In this document: piece by piece, positions 6,403 through 15,286 of the stretch | How positions within the stretch are numbered: position 1 is the first letter of the stretch | Layout of the letters: the number at the start of each line of letters is the position of its first letter | Origin: Lapillicoccus sp. | Lineage (GTDB): Bacteria > Actinomycetota > Actinomycetes > Actinomycetales > Dermatophilaceae | Assembly (NCBI GenBank): GCA_051000455.1 | Contig: JBPCOG010000254.1 | Location: 1 to 30,644, forward strand | Direction: 5' to 3' | DNA: 30,644 bases | The notes under the pieces: model-generated | What the model was told of the DNA's origin: nothing | The model's input: only the letters and a program-made list of their open reading frames with translations | Database searches by the model: none | Translations under genes and position numbers: made by a program

Positions 6403-7932
6403 TCAGGAGACGAAGACGACGACTTCCTGGATCCCGCTGGAACCGCTCGGGAACGGTGTCGCGCGCTGCTCGATCTGGGGTGCGCCGGTGCCGTCGACGG
6501 CCCGCACCGCGATGGAGTGCTGGCCCGTGGCGGCATCCCAGGGGAGGTACCACTGACGCCAGTAGTCGACGCCGGCGTCGGGCCCGAGCTGCGCCGGCTG
6601 CCACTGGCCGCCGTCCACGCGCACCTCGACCCTGCCGACGCCGCGGTGCTGGGCCCAGGCCACCCCGCCGATGGCCGTCCGGCCAGCCTTGATGGTGGAC
6701 AGCGGCTGTGGCGTGTCGACCCGTGCGGAGGTCTTGATCGGTGCGTCGGTGGCCCAGTCCCGCTTGGTCCAGTACGCCTGCTGCGCCGCGTACGTCGTCA
6801 GCGTGAGCTTCGTCAGCCACTTCGTCGCTCCGACGTAGCCGTACAGGCCAGGGGTGATCAGCCGGGCGGGGAAGCCGTGGACGTCGCTGAGCGGCTCACC
6901 GTTCATGCCGATGACGACCATCGCATCGCGCCCGTCACGGACGACGGCGAGCGGGGTGCTGATGGTGAAGCCGTCCACCGCGGTGCTGAGCAGCTGGTCG
7001 GGGCTACCGGTGACACCGGCCCGGTCGAGCAGGTCGGTGACGCGCACCCCCAGCCAGCGGGCGGCGCCGACGTAGTTGCCGCCAACCTCGTTCGACACGC
7101 ACGTCATCGTGATGTCGCGCTCGATGAGCGGCATCGCGGCGATCTCGGCGAACGTGAGCGTCAGCGGGTTCTTCACCTCTCCGTCGATCTGCAGCCGCCA
7201 GCTGTCCTTGGCGACCCGCGGGACGGTCAGGTTCGTGTCGACCCGGTAGAACTCGGCGTTGGGGGTCCGGAACGTGGAGATCCCCGGCACCGTCTGCTCC
7301 AGGCCCATGGGCAGGGCCTTGGCGGGCGCGGCCGCCTGGGGGAGTTCGACGCCGGCCGGGTCGGTCGCCCGGGCTGCGAACCGCTGGCCGGCAGCACCGG
7401 CCACCACGGCGCCCGCGGTGACACCGGCAGCGCCGACGAGGAACTGCCGACGGGAGCTGTGACGACGGGGGTGCGCCTCCGCCGCGTCGCGCAGGCTGCC
7501 CGTGAGCCACCAGAGGACGGCTGCCCCCACGACGCCCGCGGCCAGGGCGGGGAGCAGGTCGCGAGGGCTCGCGGTGGGTCGGGTCATCGCCGCGACCCCG
7601 GCCAGGCCCACCAGGACGACGATGAAGGCGATCCCCACCCCGAGCCGGCGACGGGAGAGGACCCCCGCGGCCGCGGCGAGCACGGCGGTAGCGACGCCCA
7701 CCGAGGCGAGCAGGACCAGCTTGTCGGAGGTGCCGAACTGGGCGATCGCCCACTCCTTGACCGGGGTCGGGGTCAGGTCGATGACCGTGGAGCCGACGGC
7801 GAGGACGGGTGAGACCGCGGGGTTGACGAAGGCTGCGACGAGGTGACCGAGCGCCATCCCGGCCAGGGCCGCGAGGACACCGGCCGCTGCATGGGTCAAG
7901 GTCCTCAGCGGCATTCGTCGCTCATGTGTCAT
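6403..7932 (-). CDS. Membrane-anchored molybdopterin-dependent oxidoreductase (sulfite oxidase/MsrP-YedY family) with internal twin-arginine motif
   Basis: Four N-terminal hydrophobic helices, SRRQFL plus a fifth helix, then TPNAEFYRVD, W.L.IDG.V, TMTCVSN..GG, A.W.GV, MNGEPL...HGFPARL..PGLYG....KWL, and a C-terminal dimerisation domain (GVAWA....V.RVEV..D.G.W..A). The start may be ATG 7914. Confidence 0.88.
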   Translation of the reverse strand: MTHERRMPLRTLTHAAAGVLAALAGMALGHLVAAFVNPAVSPVLAVGSTVIDLTPTPVKEWAIAQFGTSDKLVLLASVGVATAVLAAAAGVLSRRRLGVGIAFIVVLVGLAGVAAMTRPTASPRDLLPALAAGVVGAAVLWWLTGSLRDAAEAHPRRHSSRRQFLVGAAGVTAGAVVAGAAGQRFAARATDPAGVELPQAAAPAKALPMGLEQTVPGISTFRTPNAEFYRVDTNLTVPRVAKDSWRLQIDGEVKNPLTLTFAEIAAMPLIERDITMTCVSNEVGGNYVGAARWLGVRVTDLLDRAGVTGSPDQLLSTAVDGFTISTPLAVVRDGRDAMVVIGMNGEPLSDVHGFPARLITPGLYGYVGATKWLTKLTLTTYAAQQAYWTKRDWATDAPIKTSARVDTPQPLSTIKAGRTAIGGVAWAQHRGVGRVEVRVDGGQWQPAQLGPDAGVDYWRQWYLPWDAATGQHSIAVRAVDGTGAPQIEQRATPFPSGSSGIQEVVVFVS

Positions 7933-7940
7933 AACCGGTG

Positions 7941-7968
7941 TTCGGGGCGGACGCCTGCTCTGGATTGG
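7941..7968 (-). promoter_or_regulatory. SigK-type ECF promoter (CCAATCC-N16-CCGAA) for the Mo-oxidoreductase
   Basis: Minus strand CCAATCC agagcaggcgtccgcc CCGAA, 8 nt before ATG 7932, so the mRNA may be leaderless. Confidence 0.72.
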
Positions 7969-8061
7969 GGACCGCCCGTGCCGCAGCCAACGCGGCGATG
8001 GCGCCCCGGCTACGTCGTCGTCGGTTGTCCCCGGCCGGGGTGGCGCTCGGCTCGGTGCTGG

Positions 8062-9318
8062 TCAGTCCCATCCGCCGCGAGGAGGCCGGCCGACGTCGAG
8101 GGACTGCAGCGCCCGCAGCACGGACGGGTCCTGGGCCTCGAGCCAGTCGACCAGCTGGTGGAACGACACGAACCGGACGTCCGGGTGGGCGGCCATCTCC
8201 CGGATCGCCGCCTCGACGGCCTCCATGTAGATCCCGCCGTTCCACCGTTCGAAGTGGTTGCCGATGACCAAGGGGGCGCGGTTGCCGTGGTAGGCACGGC
8301 GGAACCCGGCGAGGTAGGCGTCCCGGGCCTGGCCGCGCCACACCGCGCGGGCCGCCGGGTCGCCGTCGGGGGTCTTCGACTGGTTGTACATCATGTTGTA
8401 GTCCATCGAGATGACCTCGAAGTCGTGGCCCGGGAACGGAATCGCCTGCATCGGCAGGTTCCACCGGCCACCGGGGAAGCGGGTCGGCCATACCTGTCGG
8501 CCGGTGCCCGAGGAGTCGTACCGCCAGGTCGTGGCCCGGCCGGCCCGCAGGAGGTTGGCCTGGCCCTGCAGGCAGGGCGTTCGGCCCCCGATGAGCTCCG
8601 CGTCGTAGTCGAACGGCAGCGGGGGTAGGTCGGTGAAGCCGGTAGTGGTCCGCCAGGTCTTCACGAACGAGACGGCCTGCTCGATCTCGGTGTCCCACTC
8701 CTCCGGCGACCACAGGTCGACCCCGCCCGGCCCGCAGAAGTGGCCGTTGAAGTGGGTCCCGATCTCGTGGCCCTCCAGCCACGCCCCGCCGACCTGGTCG
8801 ATCGTCGCGTGGACCGACCGCTCGGGGAGGAACCCGATGTCCGAGGCTCCCACGGGGTGTCGCGGCGGTCGGTAGACCGCGCGTCTGGCGGCGGGCACGG
8901 CATACAGGCCGGTGAGGAAGAAGGTCATCGACGCGGACAGCTCCTCGGCGACCCCACGGAAGTGGGAGAACAGGCGCAAGCCGGTCTCCCCGGCGCCGTC
9001 CCAGGAGCAGATGACAAACTGTGGCGGGGCCTGCCCCGGGACCAGCCGGGACACGGTCGGCTGGCGCGGCTGGACACCGGTGTCCGACGTGCTGCCGTCA
9101 CCGATCAGCCGGGGCAGGCCGGTGGGGGCCGTCGGCGACACCGCGCCGGCAGTCGGTCCTGCGCCCGTCGCCGGAGCCGCGGCGGTGGACGTCGGCGCGC
9201 CCGCCGCCTGCGGGCCAGTGCCGGGCGAGGCTGGCCCTTGCTGGGCGCACCCGGTCAACGTGGCGAGCGCCGCGCCGGCACCGGCGCCCAGTACCGCCCT
9301 GCGGCTGACTGGCCTCAC
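8062..9318 (-). CDS. Tat-type lipoprotein with polysaccharide-deacetylase (CE4/NodB-like) domain
   Basis: GTG 9318: VRPVSRRAVLGAGAGAALATLTGC (twin-arginine and lipobox), Pro/Ala/Thr linker, PPQFVICSWDGAGE, MTFFLTGLY, GHEIGTHFNGH, G.RTPCL, YDSS, SMDYN, RAP..IGNHFE.WNGG.Y. The start is uncertain. Confidence 0.72.
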   Translation of the reverse strand: MRPVSRRAVLGAGAGAALATLTGCAQQGPASPGTGPQAAGAPTSTAAAPATGAGPTAGAVSPTAPTGLPRLIGDGSTSDTGVQPRQPTVSRLVPGQAPPQFVICSWDGAGETGLRLFSHFRGVAEELSASMTFFLTGLYAVPAARRAVYRPPRHPVGASDIGFLPERSVHATIDQVGGAWLEGHEIGTHFNGHFCGPGGVDLWSPEEWDTEIEQAVSFVKTWRTTTGFTDLPPLPFDYDAELIGGRTPCLQGQANLLRAGRATTWRYDSSGTGRQVWPTRFPGGRWNLPMQAIPFPGHDFEVISMDYNMMYNQSKTPDGDPAARAVWRGQARDAYLAGFRRAYHGNRAPLVIGNHFERWNGGIYMEAVEAAIREMAAHPDVRFVSFHQLVDWLEAQDPSVLRALQSLDVGRPPRGGWD

Positions 9319-9583
9319 TCTCAGTCCCCGTCCTGCGCAACCATGGTGCGCACTCCCTAGACGCCGCAGCGCGGCGCCGGGTTGTCCCCTGATCTGTTTC
9401 GGCCGGATGACGTGGCCGTGACCAGCAGGTTTCGGATCCAGCATCACTGCCCGGAGGGGCGCTCCCGCCACGCCGCGCCGGGGCTGGGAGGGCCCTCGCC
9501 AGGTTGCCAAGTCGCGGGTGTTGACGGCAGGGTGTGCCAGATACGAGTCGGACCTGCTGCCCCCCTGCGATTGGAGCCCGGCC

Positions 9584-11254
9584 ATGACCTCCTCCCACCT
9601 CCCCCGCGATCACCACGGCCGGGCCGTCGCCGTCGCCGGCGCCGTTGCAGTGCTCGCCGCCACCTCCGCCGCCTGCTCGGCGGTGACCCCCGCGGGGCAG
9701 CCGTCCGGAGCGGCGTCGTCGGCTGATGTCGCCGGCGACGTGTTCGGGGAGCCCGCCCAGGCCGGTGAGGTCAAGCCCGGAGGCACCCTCGTCATGGCGC
9801 TGTCGGCGGAGCCGGACCAGCTCGACCCCACCCTGTCCCGCAGCCTCTACTCGCGCTACGTGTTCGAGGCGATGTGCCAGAAGCTCTACGACGTGGACCA
9901 GTCGGCCAAGATCGTCCCTCAGCTCGCGACCGCCCTGCCAAAGCTGACGGACGGCGGCAAGACGGTGACCATCCCGGTGCGTGAGGGGGCAAAGTTCTCG
10001 GACGGCACACCCTTCAACGCGGCGGCGGTCAAGTCCACCCTCGAGCGCGGCCTCACGCTGGCCGGATCGGGACGCAAGAGCGAGCTCGGTCCGATCGCGT
10101 CCGTCGAGGCGCCGGACGCAACCACTGTCGTGATCCGCCTCAAGCAGCCCTTCGCCCCGCTGACCGCCGCGCTCGCCGACCGGGCCGGGATGGTCCTCAG
10201 CCCGGCAGCCACCGGGTCGCTCGGCAAGAACTTCGCCACCGCCCCGGCGTGTGTCGGGCCGTTCAAGCTGGCCAAGCGGGTGCCGCAGAACTCGATCGAG
10301 CTCGTCAAGGACCCCAACTACTACGACGCGGCGAAGGTCCACCTCGACGGGGTCACCTACCGCATCATCACCGACGCCAGCATCCGTGCCGCCAACCTGC
10401 GCTCCGGCGACGTGCAGGTTGCCGACTCCCTCTCCGCGCAGGACGTCCCCGCGCTGGCCAAGGAGAGCGCCCTGACCGTGCTGCAGTCGCAGTCGCTGGG
10501 CTACCAGGGCGTGACGTTCAACGTCGGCAACGTCGACGGCGTCGGCAAGCCGGCCAAGCCCATCGACAAGCCGTTCGCCAAGGACCCCCGGGTCCGGCAG
10601 GCGTTCGAGTACGCCGTCGACCGGGCCGGACTCGTCAAGGTCATCTTCAACAACCTCAACACGGTGGCCTGCTCGCCGATCTCACCGAAGAGCGAGTTCA
10701 GCACGGACGCCGCCCAGAAGTGCACCCCCCACGACCCGGCGAAGTCCAAGGCCCTCCTGCAGGAGGCCGGGGTGCCGGCGCCGTACCAGATCACGATGAT
10801 CACCTCGAACAACCCCGACAGCCTGCGCCTGGCCCAGGCACTGCAGTCCATGGTCAAGGACGGCGGGTTCGACCTGCAGATCAAGCCGGTGGAGTACGCC
10901 TCGCTGCTCGACCAGCAGGACCGCGGCGACTTCGAGGTGCTGCAGCTCGGCTGGTCGGGCCGCATCGACCCCGACGCCAACATCACCAACTTCGTCGGCA
11001 CGGGTGGGAGCCAGAACGTCGCCGGGTTCAACGACCCCGCCGTGGACGCACTGCTGGACAAGGCGCGCCTGTCTTCCGACCTCGCGGAGCGCAAGGACCT
11101 CTACGGCCAGGTCGTCGACAAGCTCCACCAGAGCGACCCGCTCATCTACCTGTACCGCCAGCGCAACCTCACCGGCGTCTCGAAGAAGGTCAAGGGCGTC
11201 CAGGTCTTCCCCGACGGCGTCGTCCGCGTCGCCCTCTCCGGCCTCGCGAAGTAG
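9584..11254 (+). CDS. Peptide/nickel ABC transporter substrate-binding lipoprotein (SBP family 5, DppA/OppA-like)
   Basis: ATG 9584 after GGAG; lipobox TSAAC; LDP, PQLA, KFSDGTPFNA.AVK, GPFKL, NP.YY, DPRVRQA, W.G..DPD. Confidence 0.92.
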   Translation: MTSSHLPRDHHGRAVAVAGAVAVLAATSAACSAVTPAGQPSGAASSADVAGDVFGEPAQAGEVKPGGTLVMALSAEPDQLDPTLSRSLYSRYVFEAMCQKLYDVDQSAKIVPQLATALPKLTDGGKTVTIPVREGAKFSDGTPFNAAAVKSTLERGLTLAGSGRKSELGPIASVEAPDATTVVIRLKQPFAPLTAALADRAGMVLSPAATGSLGKNFATAPACVGPFKLAKRVPQNSIELVKDPNYYDAAKVHLDGVTYRIITDASIRAANLRSGDVQVADSLSAQDVPALAKESALTVLQSQSLGYQGVTFNVGNVDGVGKPAKPIDKPFAKDPRVRQAFEYAVDRAGLVKVIFNNLNTVACSPISPKSEFSTDAAQKCTPHDPAKSKALLQEAGVPAPYQITMITSNNPDSLRLAQALQSMVKDGGFDLQIKPVEYASLLDQQDRGDFEVLQLGWSGRIDPDANITNFVGTGGSQNVAGFNDPAVDALLDKARLSSDLAERKDLYGQVVDKLHQSDPLIYLYRQRNLTGVSKKVKGVQVFPDGVVRVALSGLAK

Positions 11255-11260
11255 GTCACG

Positions 11261-12217
11261 ATGGGGCGCTACCTGTTCAACCGCGCCTGGCAGTCGCTGG
11301 TCACGCTCCTGCTCGCCACCGTGGTGGTCTTCCTCGGGATCCGGCAGCTGCCCGGCGACCCGGCGCTCGCCCTCGCCGGCGAGGACCGCACCCCCGAGGC
11401 GCTGCAGGCGATCCGCCAGCAGTACGGACTCGACCAGTCCCTGCCGGTGCAGTTCTGGCGCTTCGCCAGCAACGCCGCCCAGGGTGACCTCGGGACATCG
11501 GTCCGCACCGGGGTGACTGTCACCTCGATGATGCGCACCGCCCTGCCGGTGACCCTCGAGCTCGCGCTGCTGGCGATCGCCATCGCCGTCGTGCTGGGGG
11601 TGGGATCGGGGGTCGTCGCGGCCGCCCGCCGTGGCCGGCCGGCCGAGTGGCTGGCCAACGCGGTCGCGCTGCTCGGCCTGTCCGTCCCGCACTTCTGGCT
11701 GGGTCTCGTCGCGATCCTCTACCTGTCGGTCGCGACCGGGCTGTTCCCCGCGAGCGGCTTCGTGCCGCTGCTGCAGGACCCGGTGGGCAACCTGCACCAC
11801 CTCGTCCTGCCGGCGGTCATCCTCGGCACCGGCCTCGCAGCGGTCATCATGCGCCAGACGCGCTCCTCGATGCTCGACGCGCTCTCGACCGACTACGTGC
11901 GCACTGCCTACGCCAAGGGCCTGCGACCGCGCGTGGTCATCGGACGGCACGCGCTGCGCAACAGTCTCATCGTCGTCGTGACGATCGTCGGTTTGCAGCT
12001 CGGTGCGCTGATCTCCGGTGCCGTCGTCACCGAGCAGATCTTCGGGCTGCCCGGCTTCGGCAAGATGACGATCGACGCCGTGTTCCAGCGGGACTACCCC
12101 GTCATCCAGGCCGTCGTCCTCGTGACGGCCACGGCATACATCGTCATCAACTTCATCGTGGACCTGCTCTACTCCCTCATCGACCCGCGCATCCGGGTGG
12201 CAGGGGACGCCCAGTGA
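11261..12217 (+). CDS. Peptide ABC transporter permease (DppB/OppB-like)
   Basis: PGDPA, YGLD..LPVQF, GDLG.S, P.T.EL, EAA loop DYVRTAYAKGL, VTEQIF.LPG.G, RDYPVIQ. Confidence 0.93.
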   Translation: MGRYLFNRAWQSLVTLLLATVVVFLGIRQLPGDPALALAGEDRTPEALQAIRQQYGLDQSLPVQFWRFASNAAQGDLGTSVRTGVTVTSMMRTALPVTLELALLAIAIAVVLGVGSGVVAAARRGRPAEWLANAVALLGLSVPHFWLGLVAILYLSVATGLFPASGFVPLLQDPVGNLHHLVLPAVILGTGLAAVIMRQTRSSMLDALSTDYVRTAYAKGLRPRVVIGRHALRNSLIVVVTIVGLQLGALISGAVVTEQIFGLPGFGKMTIDAVFQRDYPVIQAVVLVTATAYIVINFIVDLLYSLIDPRIRVAGDAQ

Positions 12218-13104
12218 CCACCGTCGTCCCGGTCGACGTGGCCGTCAGCGGACCGACCGAGCGCAGCACCCGCTCCCGCGTCGTGCGCCGTCTCGCCCGC
12301 AACCCGCTGGCCGTCGTCAGCCTCACCGTGCTGGTGCTGGCGATCCTCGTCGGCGTGCTGGCGCCGTGGATAGCGCCGTACGCCCCGGAGCAGACCGACT
12401 TCGCGAACACCCTGTCGCCACCGGGCACCGCCGGGCACCCGCTCGGGACCGACGACCTCGGCCGGGACGTCCTGTCTCGCATCATCCTCGGCACGCGGGC
12501 CTCGCTGCAGGTCGGCGTGCTCGCGGTCCTCACCGCCCTGCTGGTCGGCGTGCCGCTCGGTCTCGTGGCCGGCTACTTCCGCGCGGCCGACGTCGTCATC
12601 TCGAGGGTCACCGACCTGCTCCTCGCCTTCCCTTTCCTCATCCTCGCGGTCGGTCTCGCCGCGATCCGGGGGGCCAGTCTCGGCAACGCTGCGGTGGCCA
12701 TCGGCATCGCCCAGATCCCCGGGATCATCCGGGTCCTGCGCTCGGACACCCTGCGGCTGAAGTCGCTCGACTTCGTCGCCGCGTCGATCGTCGACGGGGC
12801 GAACGACCTCTGGGTGCTAGCCAGGCACGTCCTGCCGAACGCCACCTCAGTCGTGCTCGTCCAGGCCACGGTCGCGATCCCGGCCGCCATCCTCGGGGAG
12901 GCAGTGCTGTCGTTCCTCGGACTCGGCATCCAGCCGCCCGACCCCAGCCTCGGGACCATGCTGGCCAACGCCCAGCAGTTCGCGGCCCGTGCCCCCTGGG
13001 CCGCGATCCTGCCCGGGCTGACGATCATGGTCCTCGCCCTGGCCTTCAACGTCTTCGGTGACAGCCTGCGCGACGCCCTCGACCCGAAGGGCACCCGGCG
13101 GTGA
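12214..13104 (+). CDS. Peptide ABC transporter permease (DppC/OppC-like)
   Basis: GTG 12214 forms a GTGA overlap with the dppB stop. HPLGTDDLGRDVLSR, RHVLPN, E..LSFLGLG.QPP.PS.G.M, LAFN.FGD.LRDALDP. Confidence 0.93.
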   Translation: MTTVVPVDVAVSGPTERSTRSRVVRRLARNPLAVVSLTVLVLAILVGVLAPWIAPYAPEQTDFANTLSPPGTAGHPLGTDDLGRDVLSRIILGTRASLQVGVLAVLTALLVGVPLGLVAGYFRAADVVISRVTDLLLAFPFLILAVGLAAIRGASLGNAAVAIGIAQIPGIIRVLRSDTLRLKSLDFVAASIVDGANDLWVLARHVLPNATSVVLVQATVAIPAAILGEAVLSFLGLGIQPPDPSLGTMLANAQQFAARAPWAAILPGLTIMVLALAFNVFGDSLRDALDPKGTRR

Positions 13105-14228
13105 GCACCGCATCGCCGACCGCGACCGTACCCCCCGGTGCCGCCGGCGACGCCGTCGGCGCCGTCGGGCCGGTCCTCGACGTCCGCGACCTCACCGTGA
13201 CGTTCGCGACCGAGAACGGCAGCCTCTCGGCCGTCGACCACGTCAGCCTCGTCGTGGGGCGCGGGGAGATCGTCGGCGTCGTCGGCGAGTCCGGGTGCGG
13301 CAAGAGCGTCACCGCGATGAGCCTGGCGGGTCTGCTCCCGTCCAGCGCCCGCGTCGCCGGGTCCGTGCGCCTCCTGGGTTCCGAGCTGCTCGGCGCCGCG
13401 CCGGCAGTCCTGAGGGCGGCCCGTGGCAAGGACATCGCGTACGTCTTCCAGGAGCCGATGACCTCGCTCAACCCGGTGCTGACCGTCGGACGCCAGATCG
13501 TCGAGGTGCTCCAGGTCCACGAGGGCCTGAACCGCCGACAGGCGCGCGGGCGGGCCGTCGAGCTGCTGCAGGTCGTCGGCATCCCGTCCCCGGCGGTACG
13601 GGTCGGGAACTACCCACACCAGCTGTCCGGGGGCATGCGCCAGCGGGTGATGATCGCCATGGCCGTCGCGTGCCAACCGAAGCTGCTCGTGGCGGACGAA
13701 CCGACGACGGCGCTGGACGTCACCGTGCAGGCCGGGATCCTCGACGTCCTCCGGGGGCTGCGGGACACCACCGGGACGAGCATCCTCATCATCACCCACG
13801 ACCTGGGGGTGATCGCCGACATCGCCGACCGGGTGGTGGTGATGTATGCCGGGCGGGTGGTCGAGCACGCCGAAGCGCAGGAGCTCTTCGCCCGGCCCCA
13901 GCACCACTACACCTCGGGCCTGCTGTCCGCCTCGCCGGCCCCCGGGCGGCACGCCGGGACAGACCGACTCCAGGAGATCCCCGGCCTGGTGCCGGTCTTC
14001 GAGAGACAGCCGGATGCCTGCACGTTCGCCGACCGGTGCCCGGCCGCCGACGACCAGTGCCGTTCCGCGGAGCCGCCTCTCGCACTGCCGGGCGGGACCG
14101 GGCGCCCACCTGCCGGGCGCGCCGGCGCCACGCGCCACGCCGGGTTCTCCGACGTCGGGCGTCACCACGTCGCCTGCTGGCACCCCCTGTCAGCGGTGCG
14201 CACCCCGCCCGAGGTGAGTGACCCATGA
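13101..14228 (+). CDS. Peptide ABC transporter ATP-binding subunit (DppD-like)
   Basis: Walker [42 protein letters not shown], Cys-containing C-terminal oligopeptide-transporter domain. Confidence 0.94.
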   Translation: MSTASPTATVPPGAAGDAVGAVGPVLDVRDLTVTFATENGSLSAVDHVSLVVGRGEIVGVVGESGCGKSVTAMSLAGLLPSSARVAGSVRLLGSELLGAAPAVLRAARGKDIAYVFQEPMTSLNPVLTVGRQIVEVLQVHEGLNRRQARGRAVELLQVVGIPSPAVRVGNYPHQLSGGMRQRVMIAMAVACQPKLLVADEPTTALDVTVQAGILDVLRGLRDTTGTSILIITHDLGVIADIADRVVVMYAGRVVEHAEAQELFARPQHHYTSGLLSASPAPGRHAGTDRLQEIPGLVPVFERQPDACTFADRCPAADDQCRSAEPPLALPGGTGRPPAGRAGATRHAGFSDVGRHHVACWHPLSAVRTPPEVSDP

Positions 14229-15286
14229 GCGAGCCCCTGCGTGACACCGGCGAGGGCCCCCCGCCGCGGGGGCGCCAGGACGCCGGGACCGCCGTCGTCG
14301 AGCTCGAGGACCTCGCGATGCACTTCGGCCCGGTGCGCGCGGTGGACGGGGTCAGCCTGTCCATCCACCCCGGCCGGGTGACCGCACTGGTCGGGGAGAG
14401 CGGATCCGGCAAGTCGACCGTGGGGCGCTGCATCGTGCGCCTGCTCGAACCGACGGGTGGGGTCGTCCGCCTGGCCGGAACCGACGTCACGCACCTGACC
14501 CGGGCGGCGATGCGGCCGCATCGGCGGCATGTGTCGATCGTCTTCCAGGACCCTGCCGGGTCGCTGGACCCCCGCATGCTCGTCGGTGACATCGTCGCCG
14601 AACCGCTGCGCCTGCAGTCCGGTCGGCTCGGCGCGCCGCAGCGCCGCCAGCGAGTCGCCGACGGGCTGGAACGCGTCGGCCTGCGACCGCAGGTGGCCCG
14701 CCGCTACCCGCACGAGCTCTCCGGCGGGCAGCGACAGCGGGTCAGCATCGCCCGTGCGCTGATGTCGGAGCCGACCCTGCTGGTGGCCGACGAGCCGACG
14801 AGCGCCCTCGACGTGTCGGTCCAGGCCTCGGTGCTCAACCTGCTCGCCGACCTGCAGCGCGACATCGGGTTCGCGTGCCTGTTCATCACCCATGACCTGT
14901 CGGCGGTGGAGTACCTCGCCGACGACGTCGCCGTGATGTACCTCGGCCAGCTCGTCGAGCAGGGCAGCCGGGAGAGCATCTTCCGTTCCCCCCGTCATCC
15001 GTACACGCAGGCCCTCCTCGCCGCCGCGCCCCTGCCCGACCCGGCCCGCCAGCGCGCCCGCCGCCGCGTGCTGCTCGGCGACGACCTGCCCTCCGCCCTC
15101 GACCCACCCTCGGGCTGCCGGTTCCACACCCGGTGCCCGGTCGCCGTCGAGCAGTGCGTGACGCAGGTGCCGGCGCTGCGGCTCGTCGGTCGCGAGCTGC
15201 CGACGACCGTCGCCTGTCACCTCGTGCAGGACGACGGGACCGGCCCGGACGTCCGGGACACGAACGCCGCGGGAGCGACCCCATGA
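14225..15286 (+). CDS. Peptide ABC transporter ATP-binding subunit (DppF-like)
   Basis: GESGSGKS, FQDP..SLDP, YPHELSGGQRQR, DEPTSALD, P.HPYT, GC.FHTRCP. Confidence 0.94.
   Translation: MSEPLRDTGEGPPPRGRQDAGTAVVELEDLAMHFGPVRAVDGVSLSIHPGRVTALVGESGSGKSTVGRCIVRLLEPTGGVVRLAGTDVTHLTRAAMRPHRRHVSIVFQDPAGSLDPRMLVGDIVAEPLRLQSGRLGAPQRRQRVADGLERVGLRPQVARRYPHELSGGQRQRVSIARALMSEPTLLVADEPTSALDVSVQASVLNLLADLQRDIGFACLFITHDLSAVEYLADDVAVMYLGQLVEQGSRESIFRSPRHPYTQALLAAAPLPDPARQRARRRVLLGDDLPSALDPPSGCRFHTRCPVAVEQCVTQVPALRLVGRELPTTVACHLVQDDGTGPDVRDTNAAGATP

Noticed and set aside
6403-7932. Mo-oxidoreductase as the selenoprotein client of the sel cluster
   Set aside because: The ORF is uninterrupted and the metal-ligand position is Cys (TMTCVSN); there is no in-frame UGA.
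9345-9583. Possible riboswitch or ECF promoter in the deacetylase/ABC intergenic region (two CCGAAAC on the minus strand, TTGACG on the plus strand)
   Set aside because: I could not match the c-di-AMP, SAM-IV, cobalamin or TPP cores, and no -35/-10 pair has convincing spacing. An Infernal/Rfam scan would settle it.
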